NCBI RefSeq assembly: GCF_006345805.1
Contig: NC_043000.1
Span: 103,850,001 to 103,914,000, forward strand
Direction of reading: 5' to 3'
DNA: 64,000 nt
Source: Octopus sinensis
Taxonomy: Eukaryota
Shown: one piece after another, positions 36,097 to 48,743 of the stretch
Numbering within the stretch: the first letter of the stretch is position 1
How the letters are laid out: each line of letters starts with the position of its first letter
Position numbers and translations under genes: made by a program
Notes under the pieces: generated by a model
Database searches by the model: none
Seen by the model: the letters and a program-made list of their open reading frames with translations, nothing else
Told to the model about the DNA's origin: nothing

Positions 36097-39000
36097 ATGA
36101 TGATTGTTTCATCTTGAGAGATGATAGCCGTCCCATCAACACACACACCACATCCCATCACGCAGTACAATCACTCCGTTGATGAGTCCTTAGATGACTT
36201 TTAAGACCAGCTGCTGACTAACAGGGTTTAAAACACAAGTGACAGATATTATTTAAGTTTCTTCTATATCTTTGCCCTTTGGAATCTGATTCTGAAGGTA
36301 TGTTTTTGTGAACTAGCATATGTCTTTTAAATCTAGATATTGTCTTATAAGTTTTTTGACATATGACACAAGTCGTAAGAGGTGGTTGGTGTCCAAGATC
36401 ATTACCAATCTGGGCATTACAATTTTCATGTGACTTCATATGGTTCACGTATCCTGCTTTTGACAACAGAACACGATCACATATAATACATATCCAATGT
36501 TCACTGCTCATTACAGTTCCAATTGGTCCTTTGCAACTGACCCTTTTAAGTTCAGAGTGCTGAAGCATATTTTCCTCCTAGACATTATAACCAATCCTGA
36601 CAGCACCTTTCCACTTTGTTCCGATCTAGAGCATCATTTTCCCAATCACTTTTGTTCATATCTAGTTTCTTCATGTTTTCCTTCACACAGTCATTATACT
36701 TTTCCCTCGACTTATGTTGTGGTTGCTTACCAAAGTTGAGCTCACCACAAAAAAGACGTTTTAGCAAATGCTCGTCTTTCATTCTAATAACATGTCCTGT
36801 CCATCACATTTGAGCTGCAACGTGCCATGCGCAAAACCTCTGTATATGGTATGAAACATTACTACTTGACTCCTAAGATATGTCTGGATACTTGTAAGTG
36901 GTCCATGTCTCACTTGAATAAAGAAGCGCAGACAATACACACGCTTTATAGACACTGAATCTTGTCTGCAGGGAAATACCTCTATCCGTCCATACTCGCT
37001 TTCCAAATGCAACACTTTCCTTCCCTATTCAATAGTATATCTCTGCATCAAGATTACTATTTCATGATAGTGTGCTTCCTAGGTAAACAAAGGTGTCAAC
37101 GACTTCTAACCTTGTACCATTCACACAAATGTTTGATTCAGAATATATTTGTCCTGGCACAGAAGTAAACATTACTTTGGTTTTCCCAAGACTAAATGTA
37201 AGCCCGAAATGTACACATGCAGTGGAAAATTTGTCCATTGAATATTGCATATTCCCCTCTGAGTGTGCCAACAAATCAGCATCATCAGCATAAAGTAATT
37301 CTCTAACAAGTATTTTGAAAGTCTTTGCTTTGCAGTTAAACTGGATCAAATTAAAAATATGACCAGATGCCCCAATATCTGATTCCGATTCCCCTGTTGC
37401 AATCCTTAAAAGCATACTAAAGTAATGCAGCAAAATAAACAGAGAAAATTGTAGGGGAAGGAATATCTCAATTTGACACCGTTGTCCATCGAAAATTCAT
37501 GAGATAGCTCACCATTAAAGACTACCTGAGCTTTCATGTTTATGTGTAGTTCCTTAAAGATGCTCACAAAATGTGTTGGACAACCAAGTTTACACAAAAC
37601 AATCCACAGTGCCTCCCTGTTTACTGTGTCAAATGCCTTAGTTAAATCTATGAAGACCAGATATAGTGGCATTTGTTCCTCTAATCATTTCTTTTGAACT
37701 TGCCTCAGAGAAAATATCATGTCCATTGTTCCTCGCTCAGGTCTGAAACTACACTGTTCTTCAGGAATCACCTGTGGACACACATTCTCAACAAGACGAT
37801 CTAACATGATCCTTGAAAGTATCTTCCCGGTATGTGCCAGAAAAGTTATCCCTCTAGAATTACTACACACTGCTTTCGGGCCCTTACCCTTGTGTAGAGA
37901 GATAAGAATGCCAGTTATCCATTCTTATAGCACAGAAGATTCATTCCAAACTCGAGTTATCAGGTTATGAATTTCAGATGAAATATGATCCCCACCTGCT
38001 TTCAGAATTTCAACTGGAATACCATCCAATCCAGGAGCTTTACCTGATCCCAGTTTACATAATGCTAGATTTACTTCTTCAATAGAAGGCATATCATCCT
38101 TGTGTTGCACTATCTCTCTTTGCGGAATGTTGTTTATGATATCCATGTTCGCAACAGACGGATTGTGAAAAAGATCTGCAAAGTGTTCTCTCCATCTATT
38201 CATTATTCCAGGAGGATCTTTAATAACCTCATTTCCATCTTCCGACTTCAAGGGAACATATGATAATGAAGATTGCGGTCCAAAAGCTTGTCACAATAAA
38301 CTATAGAAACTTTTAATGTCTTTCCTGTCATAGACTGCCTGTACTTCCTCAGACAAATTTCTCCACCAAATGTCTTTAAGCCTCCTGAGTTCTTTTTGCA
38401 AGTCTTCTTTCTGAGACTTGTACAACTTTTCTAGTTGCACTTTGTTCTTAACGTTTGGGTCAAGAAGCTATTAATGAGTGAACCTCTTTGTTGCTAAAAT
38501 CTCATTTATCACTGTATCATTGGAATCAAACCAATCTCGGTGTTGTCTCCTCTTAAAACCTAACACCTCTGATCCCATTTTATATATTCTATCACGGAAA
38601 AATTGCCATGAACCTTCAAAATGAACACTGCTGCATCTCTTCTGAACCAACTGCAAAACTTGTGGTTGTTTTTGCTGCTCTACATCAATTTTCTTTGGTA
38701 CCCGTACACCTGCACTACGAATCTTCTTACGGACCCTGAACTTGAACTTGGCCCTAACCGTTTTGTGATCAATATCACAATCAGCACTTCGCAATACTCT
38801 GAAATTGCACAAATCTTGTAAGTCAGCTTTCCGAGTTAATACAAAGTCAATCATGTGACCTTGCTTTGATCTTGGGTGAATCCAGGTAACTTTATGTTTC
38901 ATCATATGATGAAAGAAAGTATTCCCAACAATCAACCCTAGCTTAGAGCATATTTGTAGCAGATGCAACCCATTGTTGTTCGACTTTACTATTCCGTAAC

Positions 39001-40080
39001 GCCCAAGTACATTCCAAACACCCTAGTCTCTACCAACATGTGCATTAAAGTCACCAAGCACAACCAACTTCTCATTCAAAGGGTCTGACAGAATACTTCT
39101 TAAAATACTTCATAAAATGCATGGATATTTTCCTCACTAGCTGAAAGTGTAGGAGCATAAATAGAGAAAACAGTTACAAAATATCCACAAGAAAGAAGGG
39201 TCCAGAATTTCATTATGCGTGTATTTATACTTTGTGGTTGTTCTAGGTCTTTTAGCAAATCACTTCTAATTGCAAACCCAACACTACCTTCCCTTTTCTC
39301 TCCCTTTGGCTTACCAACCCAGAATAATGTGAAACTTACCGCTCTTTCGACAAGATGATCTTCATCTGAACATCTTACTTCAGAAAGAGCAGCAACATCA
39401 ACATTAAGACACCTCAGCTCCTTAGTTACAAGAGCTGTTCTTCTTTCAGGCCTATCTGCTAGATGTAAAAGGATTCTCACACTCCAACAAGCTAAGTTAA
39501 GAGAAACCCTGTTCCTTGCATACTTGTTATCATTGTTTATATCAATTCTTTGTTTATTCCTGCTAAATTGAAGCACCGTTAGACGCAGTAAACTAACCAA
39601 CAGAGAGAGGACAGACAATTTTTAAAGCACCTTTTCTAGTACCTTCCCAGTATATCCAGGTGAACAGTGTTCTCCTTAAAAGGGCTGCTCAGACACAGGA
39701 TTCGCCACCGAAAACAGTTCATGTCCATTAAAACATGGTAGTGATGTTAAGAAAAGAACCCTGCCGCCTTATGTGCAGATTTTGTAACTGTATGCTCCCA
39801 ACTAGTCAAGTCTGCATAAGTCGCCACGCCTTTATCGCCATGGGACTTTTGAAAAGTGATGATTGTACAATGATGGTGTTTTGTCGGGGACATCTGTACT
39901 TCATTGGATTTCAGTAACAAACGCTTGTACAACACTTTTGTGTGTGTGTGTGTAGTTGGGGGCAGATGAAGATTATTAGCCGTGGTGAAGGCAACTCTTC
40001 CAGGAGAGGGACACTCTGGCATAAAACCAGGTCATGGTAAAGACAGTCCCGTAACTGGCTGCACTGTCAAAGCCATAAGT
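36097..40080 (-). mobile_element. Near full-length decayed RTE-clade LINE (APE endonuclease, RT, three C2H2 zinc fingers)
   Basis: LACWSVR...RPERRTALV...DVAALSEVR, GKAPGLDGIP, FIDLTKAFDTV, LLYADD and C-terminal CxxC-H-H fingers; many stops and frameshifts. Confidence 0.92.
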
Positions 40081-40318
40081 GTTGATGGGGGAAGACTTAT
40101 ACTCCGCGTAATAATAGAACTAGGAACAATAATAGTCAAATTATGGTTCCACATTCCTCAAACCCTGGGACACCGGAACCAGGACCCAACTACAAGATGC
40201 AGGGCGCCTGTTTTGAAACGAAGCCGTGATTAGGACAACCAGTATAGGAGAATAAAGCTCTGCATTCAAATTAACCTACCACTGCTAGTCGATATACATA
40301 CATACATACATACATACA

Positions 40319-40349
<31 letters not shown>

Positions 40350-40690
40350 CATACATACATACATACATACATACATACATTACATACATACATACATATA
40401 TATAAGCCATCACTGGAACTGTAAAAATCTGTAAAACTTCCCAGAAGTATATATGAGCACGTCTGGATATGCAAGTGTATGCATGAGAAGACATACGTAA
40501 AACAAAACTTACAAATCTGCACACATACATACATACATGCATACATGCATACATACCCTATTGAAATTCCAATGAAGGAACCTTTGATGTAGGTTAGAAT
40601 CCGGCTCTTTCTCTATTGGCAAGAATTCTTGAAAAAAACAACTAAATAATGACATACATACATACATACATACATACATACATACATACA

Positions 40691-40721
<31 letters not shown>

Positions 40722-40724
40722 TCT

Positions 40725-40961
40725 TTTACTTTTACTCCTTTCACTCATTAAACTGCGGCCATGCAGGGACACTACCTTGAAGAATTTTTAGTCGAATGAA
40801 TTGACCCCAATACTTAATTTTTTTCTTTAGTCTGGTTCTTTGTTGGACATGTTTGACGAACTGCTATGTTACAGTGACGTAAGCACACCGACACTGTTTG
40901 TCAGGCGGTGGTGGTGGACAAACACAGGCACACGTACAGAAACACAGACACACATACAGAA

Positions 40962-40992
<31 letters not shown>

Positions 40993-41140
40993 TACACACA
41001 CACACACATGCGATGGGCTTCTTTCAGGTTCAGTCAGCCAAATCTACTCACAAGTCTTTGGTCGGCCCCAGGCTATAGTAGGAAACACCCCACCGAGGTG
41101 TCACGCAGTGGGACCGATCCTGGAACTATGTGGTAGTGAA
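40725..41140 (-). mobile_element. tRNA-derived SINE with internal microsatellite (older copy)
   Basis: Collinear with 58488-58890. Confidence 0.75.
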
Positions 41141-41369
41141 GCAATGTATGTATGCGTTTATGTATGTATGCAAGTCGTTCCCACTTGGATTTACTAAGAG
41201 AAATAACTCAGAGTGGCCTGCGACATTTGCCTTAGCTCATTTTTGTTTACATTATGCATTTTCCAGTAGGCCATAAATTTCTGCTTTTTTGCATATAGAA
41301 CTTTCATGTTAGCTGAAGTCTAGACAGGACAACTGCTAATTATACCCATTGTTGATTTATTGTTATAGA

Positions 41370-41845
41370 AACACGTATCTACAGCTGTCTTCTTGCCCTA
41401 GTTGTCCGCTCTACTGAAACAACGTTATCTATGACTGATCAATCCGATGCGCAAATAACAGTCTCTGTCACACAAGCTGCACTTGTGGGCTGTCTGGTTT
41501 AAGTTGCCCGGTACTAACTCTCCAGAATAGGACGTTCAATGGGATCCAAGCTTGTTGCCATACAGAGACTTTTACCTCTCAACATCAATAATGGATCGAA
41601 AGGAACTGTACCAATGTTACAATTTAGCACCAACATTGTCGCTGGAGTTGCTAGAACAAGGTTGTAGACAACGTCGAACTGCCTCAGGGGCTCCGATTTT
41701 ACCTCATGGTTTACTCCTGAAGCCTTTCCTACGGCTGGATATGGCCACAATGCAGAAGATATTTGGAATCAAGATTTTCCTTCCCGTAGATGGGTTGCCC
41801 TCCCAGAATAACGAACTCTATCTGCTCGACTGGCCTGCTACCTAA
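41370..41845 (-). mobile_element. Internally deleted (bipartite) RTE derivative: 5' UTR-like part joined to a 3' zinc-finger end
   Basis: Minus strand HKCSLCDRDCYLRIGLISH at ~41435-41490; motif ggcaacccatctacgggaaggaaaatc at ~41773-41800. Confidence 0.55.
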
Positions 41846-42380
41846 CCCTTAATCGGAACCCTGACGGGCGCTACTACTCCGCATAAGAATAGAAATAGGG
41901 ACAATAAATAGTCAAGATATGGTTCCACATTCTTCAAACCCTGGCACACCGGAACCAGGGTCCCACTGCAAGATGCAGTTTAAATTCATACCCAGGACAA
42001 CGAAGCACCGTATTATAGAAATATTGAAAATTTCATAATAAAAATCCATTTAATGTAATATTTTTCATTAAATGAACGATTTATCGAACTCACATTCAAG
42101 TAAAATAAGTTGTTTCTCCACTTAGTATATTTCAACGATAATTGCATATAAATATATAATTCGACCAATAAGTGCAAGCGTGACTGTGTGATAAGAAAAT
42201 TGCTTTCCATCCACATGGTTCCGGGTTCAGTCCCACTGCGTGACACCTTGGGCAAGTGTCTTCTACTATAGCCTGGGGCTGATCACAGCCTTGTGAGTGG
42301 ATTTGATAGACGGAAACCGAAAGAAGCCGTCGTGTATAAACACATACATACATACATACATATATATATATATATATTAT

Positions 42381-42414
<34 letters not shown>

Positions 42415-42838
42415 CACATATGTTATTTGTCCTTAGTCGAAAGACACCTGTTGTTAATATCCTGTTATCTGCATTTGTATTTGTGTAGCATTTCTCCGTT
42501 TTTTTTTTTCGTCCTTGTTTTCGTTTACATTTGCTGCTTTCTTCCAAGGAATCTAATGCTCTTAGCTTAATTTTTCCTTGAGGATGGCCAGATTTGAGCA
42601 ATCTCGAGTATAACCTGCCGAAATTGCAAAGATAATCTGGAACTCGACTGAGCGAAGAAAACTCCGAAGTGTATGCATGAGAAGACATACGTAAAACAAA
42701 ACTTACAAATCTGCACATATACATACTTGTTTTTTCTTGTCCCCTTTTGTATCATTTACCTGGATGTTTTGTTGTCCATATATTTCAATTTAGGTTTTTA
42801 TTTTTCATGTTTATCTTCGTATTTCATTGTTATATTTA

Positions 42839-43195
42839 TATTGGGCTGTCCGGAAAGTTCGTTCCAATTTTTAAAGGAAAGTAAAAGGTCAGTAAATACT
42901 TGCCATTACATTTTTAATGAACTAAATTTGAACCATTTCGTTGCACAATACGTCTCCATCTTTCCTTTACCTTGAAAATACCCTCTTCCCAGAATTGGGG
43001 TGGTTTCATGGCAAAGAATTCATCAAGGTATCTTTTTACGTCATCTAAGGAATTGAAATTTTCACCATTAAGTCTATTCTGCAGAGACCGGAATAAGTGA
43101 AAATCTGAAGGAGCAATATCTGGGGAATAGGGAGGGTGGGGGTAACACATCCCAGCCGAGCTGTAGCAATTTTTGTCTGGTTCCCGAAGCATCAA
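42839..43195 (-). mobile_element. Mariner transposon 3' end (transposase fragment plus TIR)
   Basis: HPPYSPDIAPSDFHLFRSLQN...RWRRIVQRNG; end ta|ttgggctgtccggaaagttcgt. Confidence 0.88.
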
Positions 43196-43699
43196 GTGCC
43201 GAAAAGGAACTTTCTCATCTTTTATTTTAAAAGGTTACAGAATTAACATGGGTTATAGGAACATAAACCTTCTTCCAATTGGAAGCCCCGAATGTAAGCC
43301 ACCACTTTATGCATAATTCAATATTTATAGATCTCTATTTCTAACTGAAATTATGTCCTCAATAATTATAGATCTCTATTTCTAAATTGATTATTTTTCT
43401 TCTCGTTCAGCTTATAACTATAAGACGCATTCTCGTAATTTATCTTGACAAATCTTTTTTTCTTCAGCGTTCACCACTTCACCTCATTAGGGTTAAACAT
43501 CCTTACCGAATGTTTTCACTGTCCTGTCTTTGTTAGCAGCTTTGACGTTCCACGTATCTCAATTTATTTTTAAATTTGCTTTGGGGGAGCAATTGCTTTG
43601 ACGAAGACGCATCTTGTTGTAATGCTCGCAATGCGGAGTAGGTAAAACTGCCAACAACTGAGGAAGGGTTGTTTTTTTATGCTGCCTTCGCGCTATAGT

Positions 43700-43940
43700 T
43701 GTCTATATATATAATTGAAATTCTTTCTTTCTTTCTTAGCCAAGCCAAGCCAAGCCAGAGCGCTCATTGTGGTGTCGTAGCCTTGGACAGTGAGCCCAAT
43801 GGCGCCCAGAGCGAGCCCATGACACTACATGGACCCTAAGTAAGGCATGTGTAAAATTTGAATGAAATTGGTTGTGTAGTTCTCAAGTTTTAGGGATTCA
43901 CACAGACAGACACACACAGTTTTATATATAGAGAGATATA
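43700..43940 (+). mobile_element. Helitron/Helentron-like non-autonomous element end
   Basis: gtgtaaaatttgaatgaaattggttgtgtagtt...acagacagacacacac...ttttatatatagagagat; a matching left-end type actagc...cggcgttgcccggg occurs at 28351. Confidence 0.4.
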
Positions 43941-44011
43941 TATACATACATACATACATACACACACACACATACATACATACATACATCATACATACAT
44001 ACATACATACA

Positions 44012-44043
<32 letters not shown>

Positions 44044-44679
44044 CATACATACACACACACACACACATACATACATACATATACATGCATATACATAGAT
44101 ACATACATACACACACATACATATATATATACATACATACACACACACACATACATACATACATACATACATACAGACATACACATTTATTCACATATGT
44201 GTGTGAGTGAATGTGTGTGTGTGTGCATTTATATTAGAGCATGTACGCACACACACACAAACAAACAGATACATTTACTTAACTCGTTTGCTGCACCAGA
44301 TTTGTTTTGAAATATCTCACTTGGATTGTTTGTACAACCTAAGTGGTTCCCTGTCGTGATAACAGGCTGAGAGCACATGGAATCTTAAACACACACACAC
44401 ACACACAAACCGACAAAGATACACATACTTACGCACTTACACAAGCTCACATAAATTTGCTTACTGTCATAGATACAGGATACTCGCGTATAATATATAT
44501 AGAAACTATACATCAGTACAGGGTGGACATATGTGATATGAGTTTTGAACTGTGCTTACCATAACCATTTTTTAATCCCCCTTTATATCATCTCTCGCAA
44601 ACATGAATATGTGAATGTATGCGTACAAATCATACTAGTGCATACATACGTGTGTGTGTGTGTGTGTATGTGTGTGTGT

Positions 44680-44729
<50 letters not shown>

Positions 44730-44837
44730 CGTGTGTGTGTGTGTACGTCGCGTAGGCATTGTGAGACTGATAACTTGGTGTAGAACTCCATATAGATATG
44801 TTTCAGAACGAAGCGTTAGTCGAGTACAGAGCGGCAA

Positions 44838-45109
44838 TAAGAAAATTAGATGACAAAGGCAAAAAGATTATTCTATGAACTTCATTAGCTTATAGTTGTT
44901 TCTGCAATAAGATGCATTGGACTCATAGTTGAGTGCCTGAGTAGCACCTTATACCTTCATTGGAGCCTCGAATATGAAGTGCACTTCATATTCGAAGTTC
45001 CGATGAAGCTATGACACTCAACATTGAGTTCACAGCATATTATAGCAGAAACAGCTGTAAGCTAATGAAGCTCATTAGATAATCGTTTATTCGTTTGTCA
45101 TCTGATGTT

Positions 45110-45113
<4 letters not shown>
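44838..45113. repeat. Fold-back element with CCGATGA hammerhead
   Basis: Perfect 28-bp palindrome centre (44968-44995); agtt-CCGATGA (45000-45006), aGCTAT/ATAGCa, GAAA (45048-45051), CAGCTG-TA-agct; abuts (TA)n. Confidence 0.75.
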
Positions 45114-45159
<46 letters not shown>

Positions 45160-45387
45160 AGATAAGAAAATGGAGAAATACATCTAAATCAAATATCAAT
45201 TACCAGATAATACTCATCACATACTTTATTAAACCACCACATAAGAGACTGTAAGGTTAAACATAAAAAAGCAGAACAAATCAGTGTACATAAAGGAGTG
45301 TACATAAAAAAAGTGTACATAAAAGAGTAATGTTGTATAATAAGTAGAATATATATAAAAAAGATAATATAAATATAAGTATAGATT

Positions 45388-45518
45388 ACATCTTACAGCT
45401 GTTTCGGCCATGTAGATAAGTATGTCTCATTTTACCAATATTAGCCTTTAATGGTAGGTCAATATATAGATATAAATGAGACATTTACAAAGATATCATA
45501 AGGCCTCTTCGGAGATAT
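45388..45518 (-). ncRNA. Hammerhead ribozyme (CCGAAGA variant) in a Penelope-like 3' region spanning ~45160-46660
   Basis: Minus strand: atatct-CCGAAGA-GGCC...GGCC-GAAA-CAGCTG-TA-agatgt; the element is bounded by (TA)n. Confidence 0.72.
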
Positions 45519-46662
45519 ACATATACATATGAGTGCATATACTCACACTCCTATACATATACATAATGATGTAAATAAATAATATAAATTAGTAAACATA
45601 TATATGTTCCACATTCAATGTTTCAGTTTTTCAACTTAATATTGTGATAATAAACATACACATATTAGTACCTAGATGTAAATATACATAGTCAATAGTA
45701 CATTATATTATTTCCTACTAATTTCTAAAGTGTCATTAAAGTTAGCATCATTATCGTTGTCAATACCATTAATGATACCATTATTATCATTCACAATATT
45801 ATTAATAACGCTTACATTAGGATCCAAAGTGGCACATATGTATGTCCGGGTTCCAGTTAGTAATTTTCCTTATGGCATAAATACACTATTGGATTTGAAT
45901 TTAAATTATCACTGTCTTCCTCACGGTTGGTCCGCTGAGAGCCTCCCGACCTCCACCACACCGCACAAGAAAAACATACACATCCACATCCAACCCTAAA
46001 CCCACACATCCACACAAAAACTGACACACACATGCACACACACATGAATACACCCCGACACATCCCTACACATTCACTAAATTGCAGAGTGTATGTCTGT
46101 CATCGCATGGCTTATAGACAAATCAGTACAGGCAGCAGTGTCTATACACTAGCACACACACTCACACGCACATCCGCAAATACCCATAAATATTAATACA
46201 CTCTCATATACTGTGTCAGGGAACATTCGCACACACATATATACATATTTAAATATATACCTGCGCACTCATACGTACAAATAAAACCTATACTTATATC
46301 CACCCATGAATAAATATTCGCATATACATATATACATATCCAAATACGCACCTGCGTACTCATATGTATAAGAAAAACATACATCCGTACATCCACCCAC
46401 GAACATACCTATACGTACAAAAACATACATACGTACACATACACATTTTCACACACCTCGACACCTCAACCCACATCCACTAAATCATAAAGTAAAATAT
46501 ATGTCAGCCCATCCAAAGACATATATATATATATACATACACAAAAAGTAAACAGAAGTTACTATTAATTTAGATATAAGTTCATTAATTATAAATTAAA
46601 TTAATTATAAGTTAGTAAGTGCCAAATAAACAAAAATAAATAATTAAACCCCTATCTCAATT

Positions 46663-46723
<61 letters not shown>

Positions 46724-46756
46724 GCAGGCAGGCAGACAGACAGAATTCAGACATAG

Positions 46757-47103
46757 TAAGTACATGATTTAAGTTATAGAACGAAGTTCGGTTAATTCGA
46801 TCATATTTTTCGTAAATGGAGTAGATTAGATGTTAATATGGAATAGAATATTTTTTTATTCCATTCGCTATACGATCGTTTCATACATTAGTTTTTAATA
46901 TTTCTTTCTTATTGTGCTACTGATTAGTACTTTTTTTATAACTCAGGTTCTTAAAATGAATTTATTGTCTTTCTGTACGAAACGATCGCATAGCGAAACG
47001 AATAAAAGATATTTTATTCCATATTAACATCTAATCTCCTGCATTTACGAAAAGTATGATTGAATTTGTCGAACTTTGTTCTATATCTTAAATCATATAC
47101 TTA
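46757..47103. repeat. Fold-back element retaining a hammerhead 3' half
   Basis: Imperfect ~130-bp arms; GAAA-CGATCG-TA on the minus arm and GAAA-CGATCG-CA at 46979-46990. Confidence 0.65.
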
Positions 47104-47438
47104 ATACACTTTTGTAACCTTTCATATCTACGCCAATATACATTAGTAAATTCAAAGTAAGTATGAAGAATCAACGTTAGAAATCTTTTGGAAACTACTT
47201 CCAATTAAAGGACGAATCCACATTCAACCCTTTTTAAAATATATATATATACATATAGTTACAAATTGAGATAGGAGTTGTAAATGCAACCCTCCATGGG
47301 ATAACATATATCCAATATACTGCTAGGGAAGTACCCAACAAGGTTAATACATAAATGTTAAGGATTGCGATGCAATCGATTCATTTACTGTATTATATGG
47401 GCAAAGGTAAAATGTTTTACCACAAATTCATAATACAA

Positions 47439-48018
47439 AATAAGAAAATGGAGAAATACATCTAAATCAAATATCAATTACCAGATAATACTCAATCACA
47501 TACTTTATTAAACCACCACATAAGAAACTATAGGGTTAAACATAAAAAAGTAGAACAAAACAGTGTACATAAAGGAGTGTACATAAAAAAAGCGTACATA
47601 AAAGAGTAATGTTATACAATAAGTAGAATATATATAAGAGAATATAAATATAAGTAAATATAAATATAAATATAGATTACATCTTACAGCTGTTTCGGCC
47701 ATGTAGATAAGTATGTCTCATTTTACTTATATTAGCCTGAGACATACTTATCTACATGGCCGAAACAGCTGTAAGATGTAATCTATATTTATATTTATAT
47801 TTACTTATATTTATATTCTCTTATATATATTCTACTTATTGTATAACATTACTCTTTTATGTACACTTTTTTATGTACACTCCTTTATGTACACTGTTTT
47901 GTTCTACTTTTTTTTATGTTTAACCCTATAGTTTCTTATGTGGTGGTTGAATAAAGTATGTGATGAGTACTATCTGGTAATTGATATTTGATTAGATGTA
48001 TTTCTCCATTTTCTTATT
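47439..48018. repeat. Near-perfect ~280-bp-arm hairpin; second copy of the family at 45160-45445
   Basis: Arms 47439-47720 / 47738-48018; left arm collinear with 45160-45445. Confidence 0.9.
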
Positions 48019-48035
48019 ATTATTATATATATATA

Positions 48036-48089
<54 letters not shown>

Positions 48090-48090
<1 letters not shown>

Positions 48091-48430
48091 AAACAAATAT
48101 AAGAGAGTGGTCAATATATTGCTCACTCTAGCACCAGTTAATCCAAAAGGTTTCAACCACGAAGATAATGTTTCCATGAAAGCCAGTACGACTGTTAGCT
48201 CTAACAGTCGTACTGGCTTTCATGGGAACATTATCTTCGTGGTTGAAACCTTTTGGATTAACTGGTGCTAGAGTGAGCAATATATTGACCACTCTCTATA
48301 TTTGTTTTGTAAGTATTGTAATTGTTATAAATATTATAATAATCCAGGTTTCTCGTAGCACTAGCTAGCCACTTGTTTGAATAAATATACTATTAAATTA
48401 GTATCTAATTCTCTCACCCTATTAATTAAT
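48090..48430. repeat. Near-perfect palindrome (~110-bp arms, 2-nt loop at 48199-48200) with 3' tail, within (TA)n
   Basis: Arms 48090-48198 / 48201-48308; the tail end ctattaaattagtatctaattctctcaccct recurs at ~30050-30095. Confidence 0.88.
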
Positions 48431-48432
48431 TA

Positions 48433-48547
<115 letters not shown>

Positions 48548-48561
48548 GATATATATATATA

Positions 48562-48608
<47 letters not shown>

Positions 48609-48743
48609 TACATACATACAAACATACATACATACATATTGTTAGTGGGTCATATATCCGAGAAAAAAGCACATTCTAAAAGGTTACATCAGTAATGTAT
48701 TTAGATGAAGTTAATTTAACTTCATCTAAATACATTACTACTA

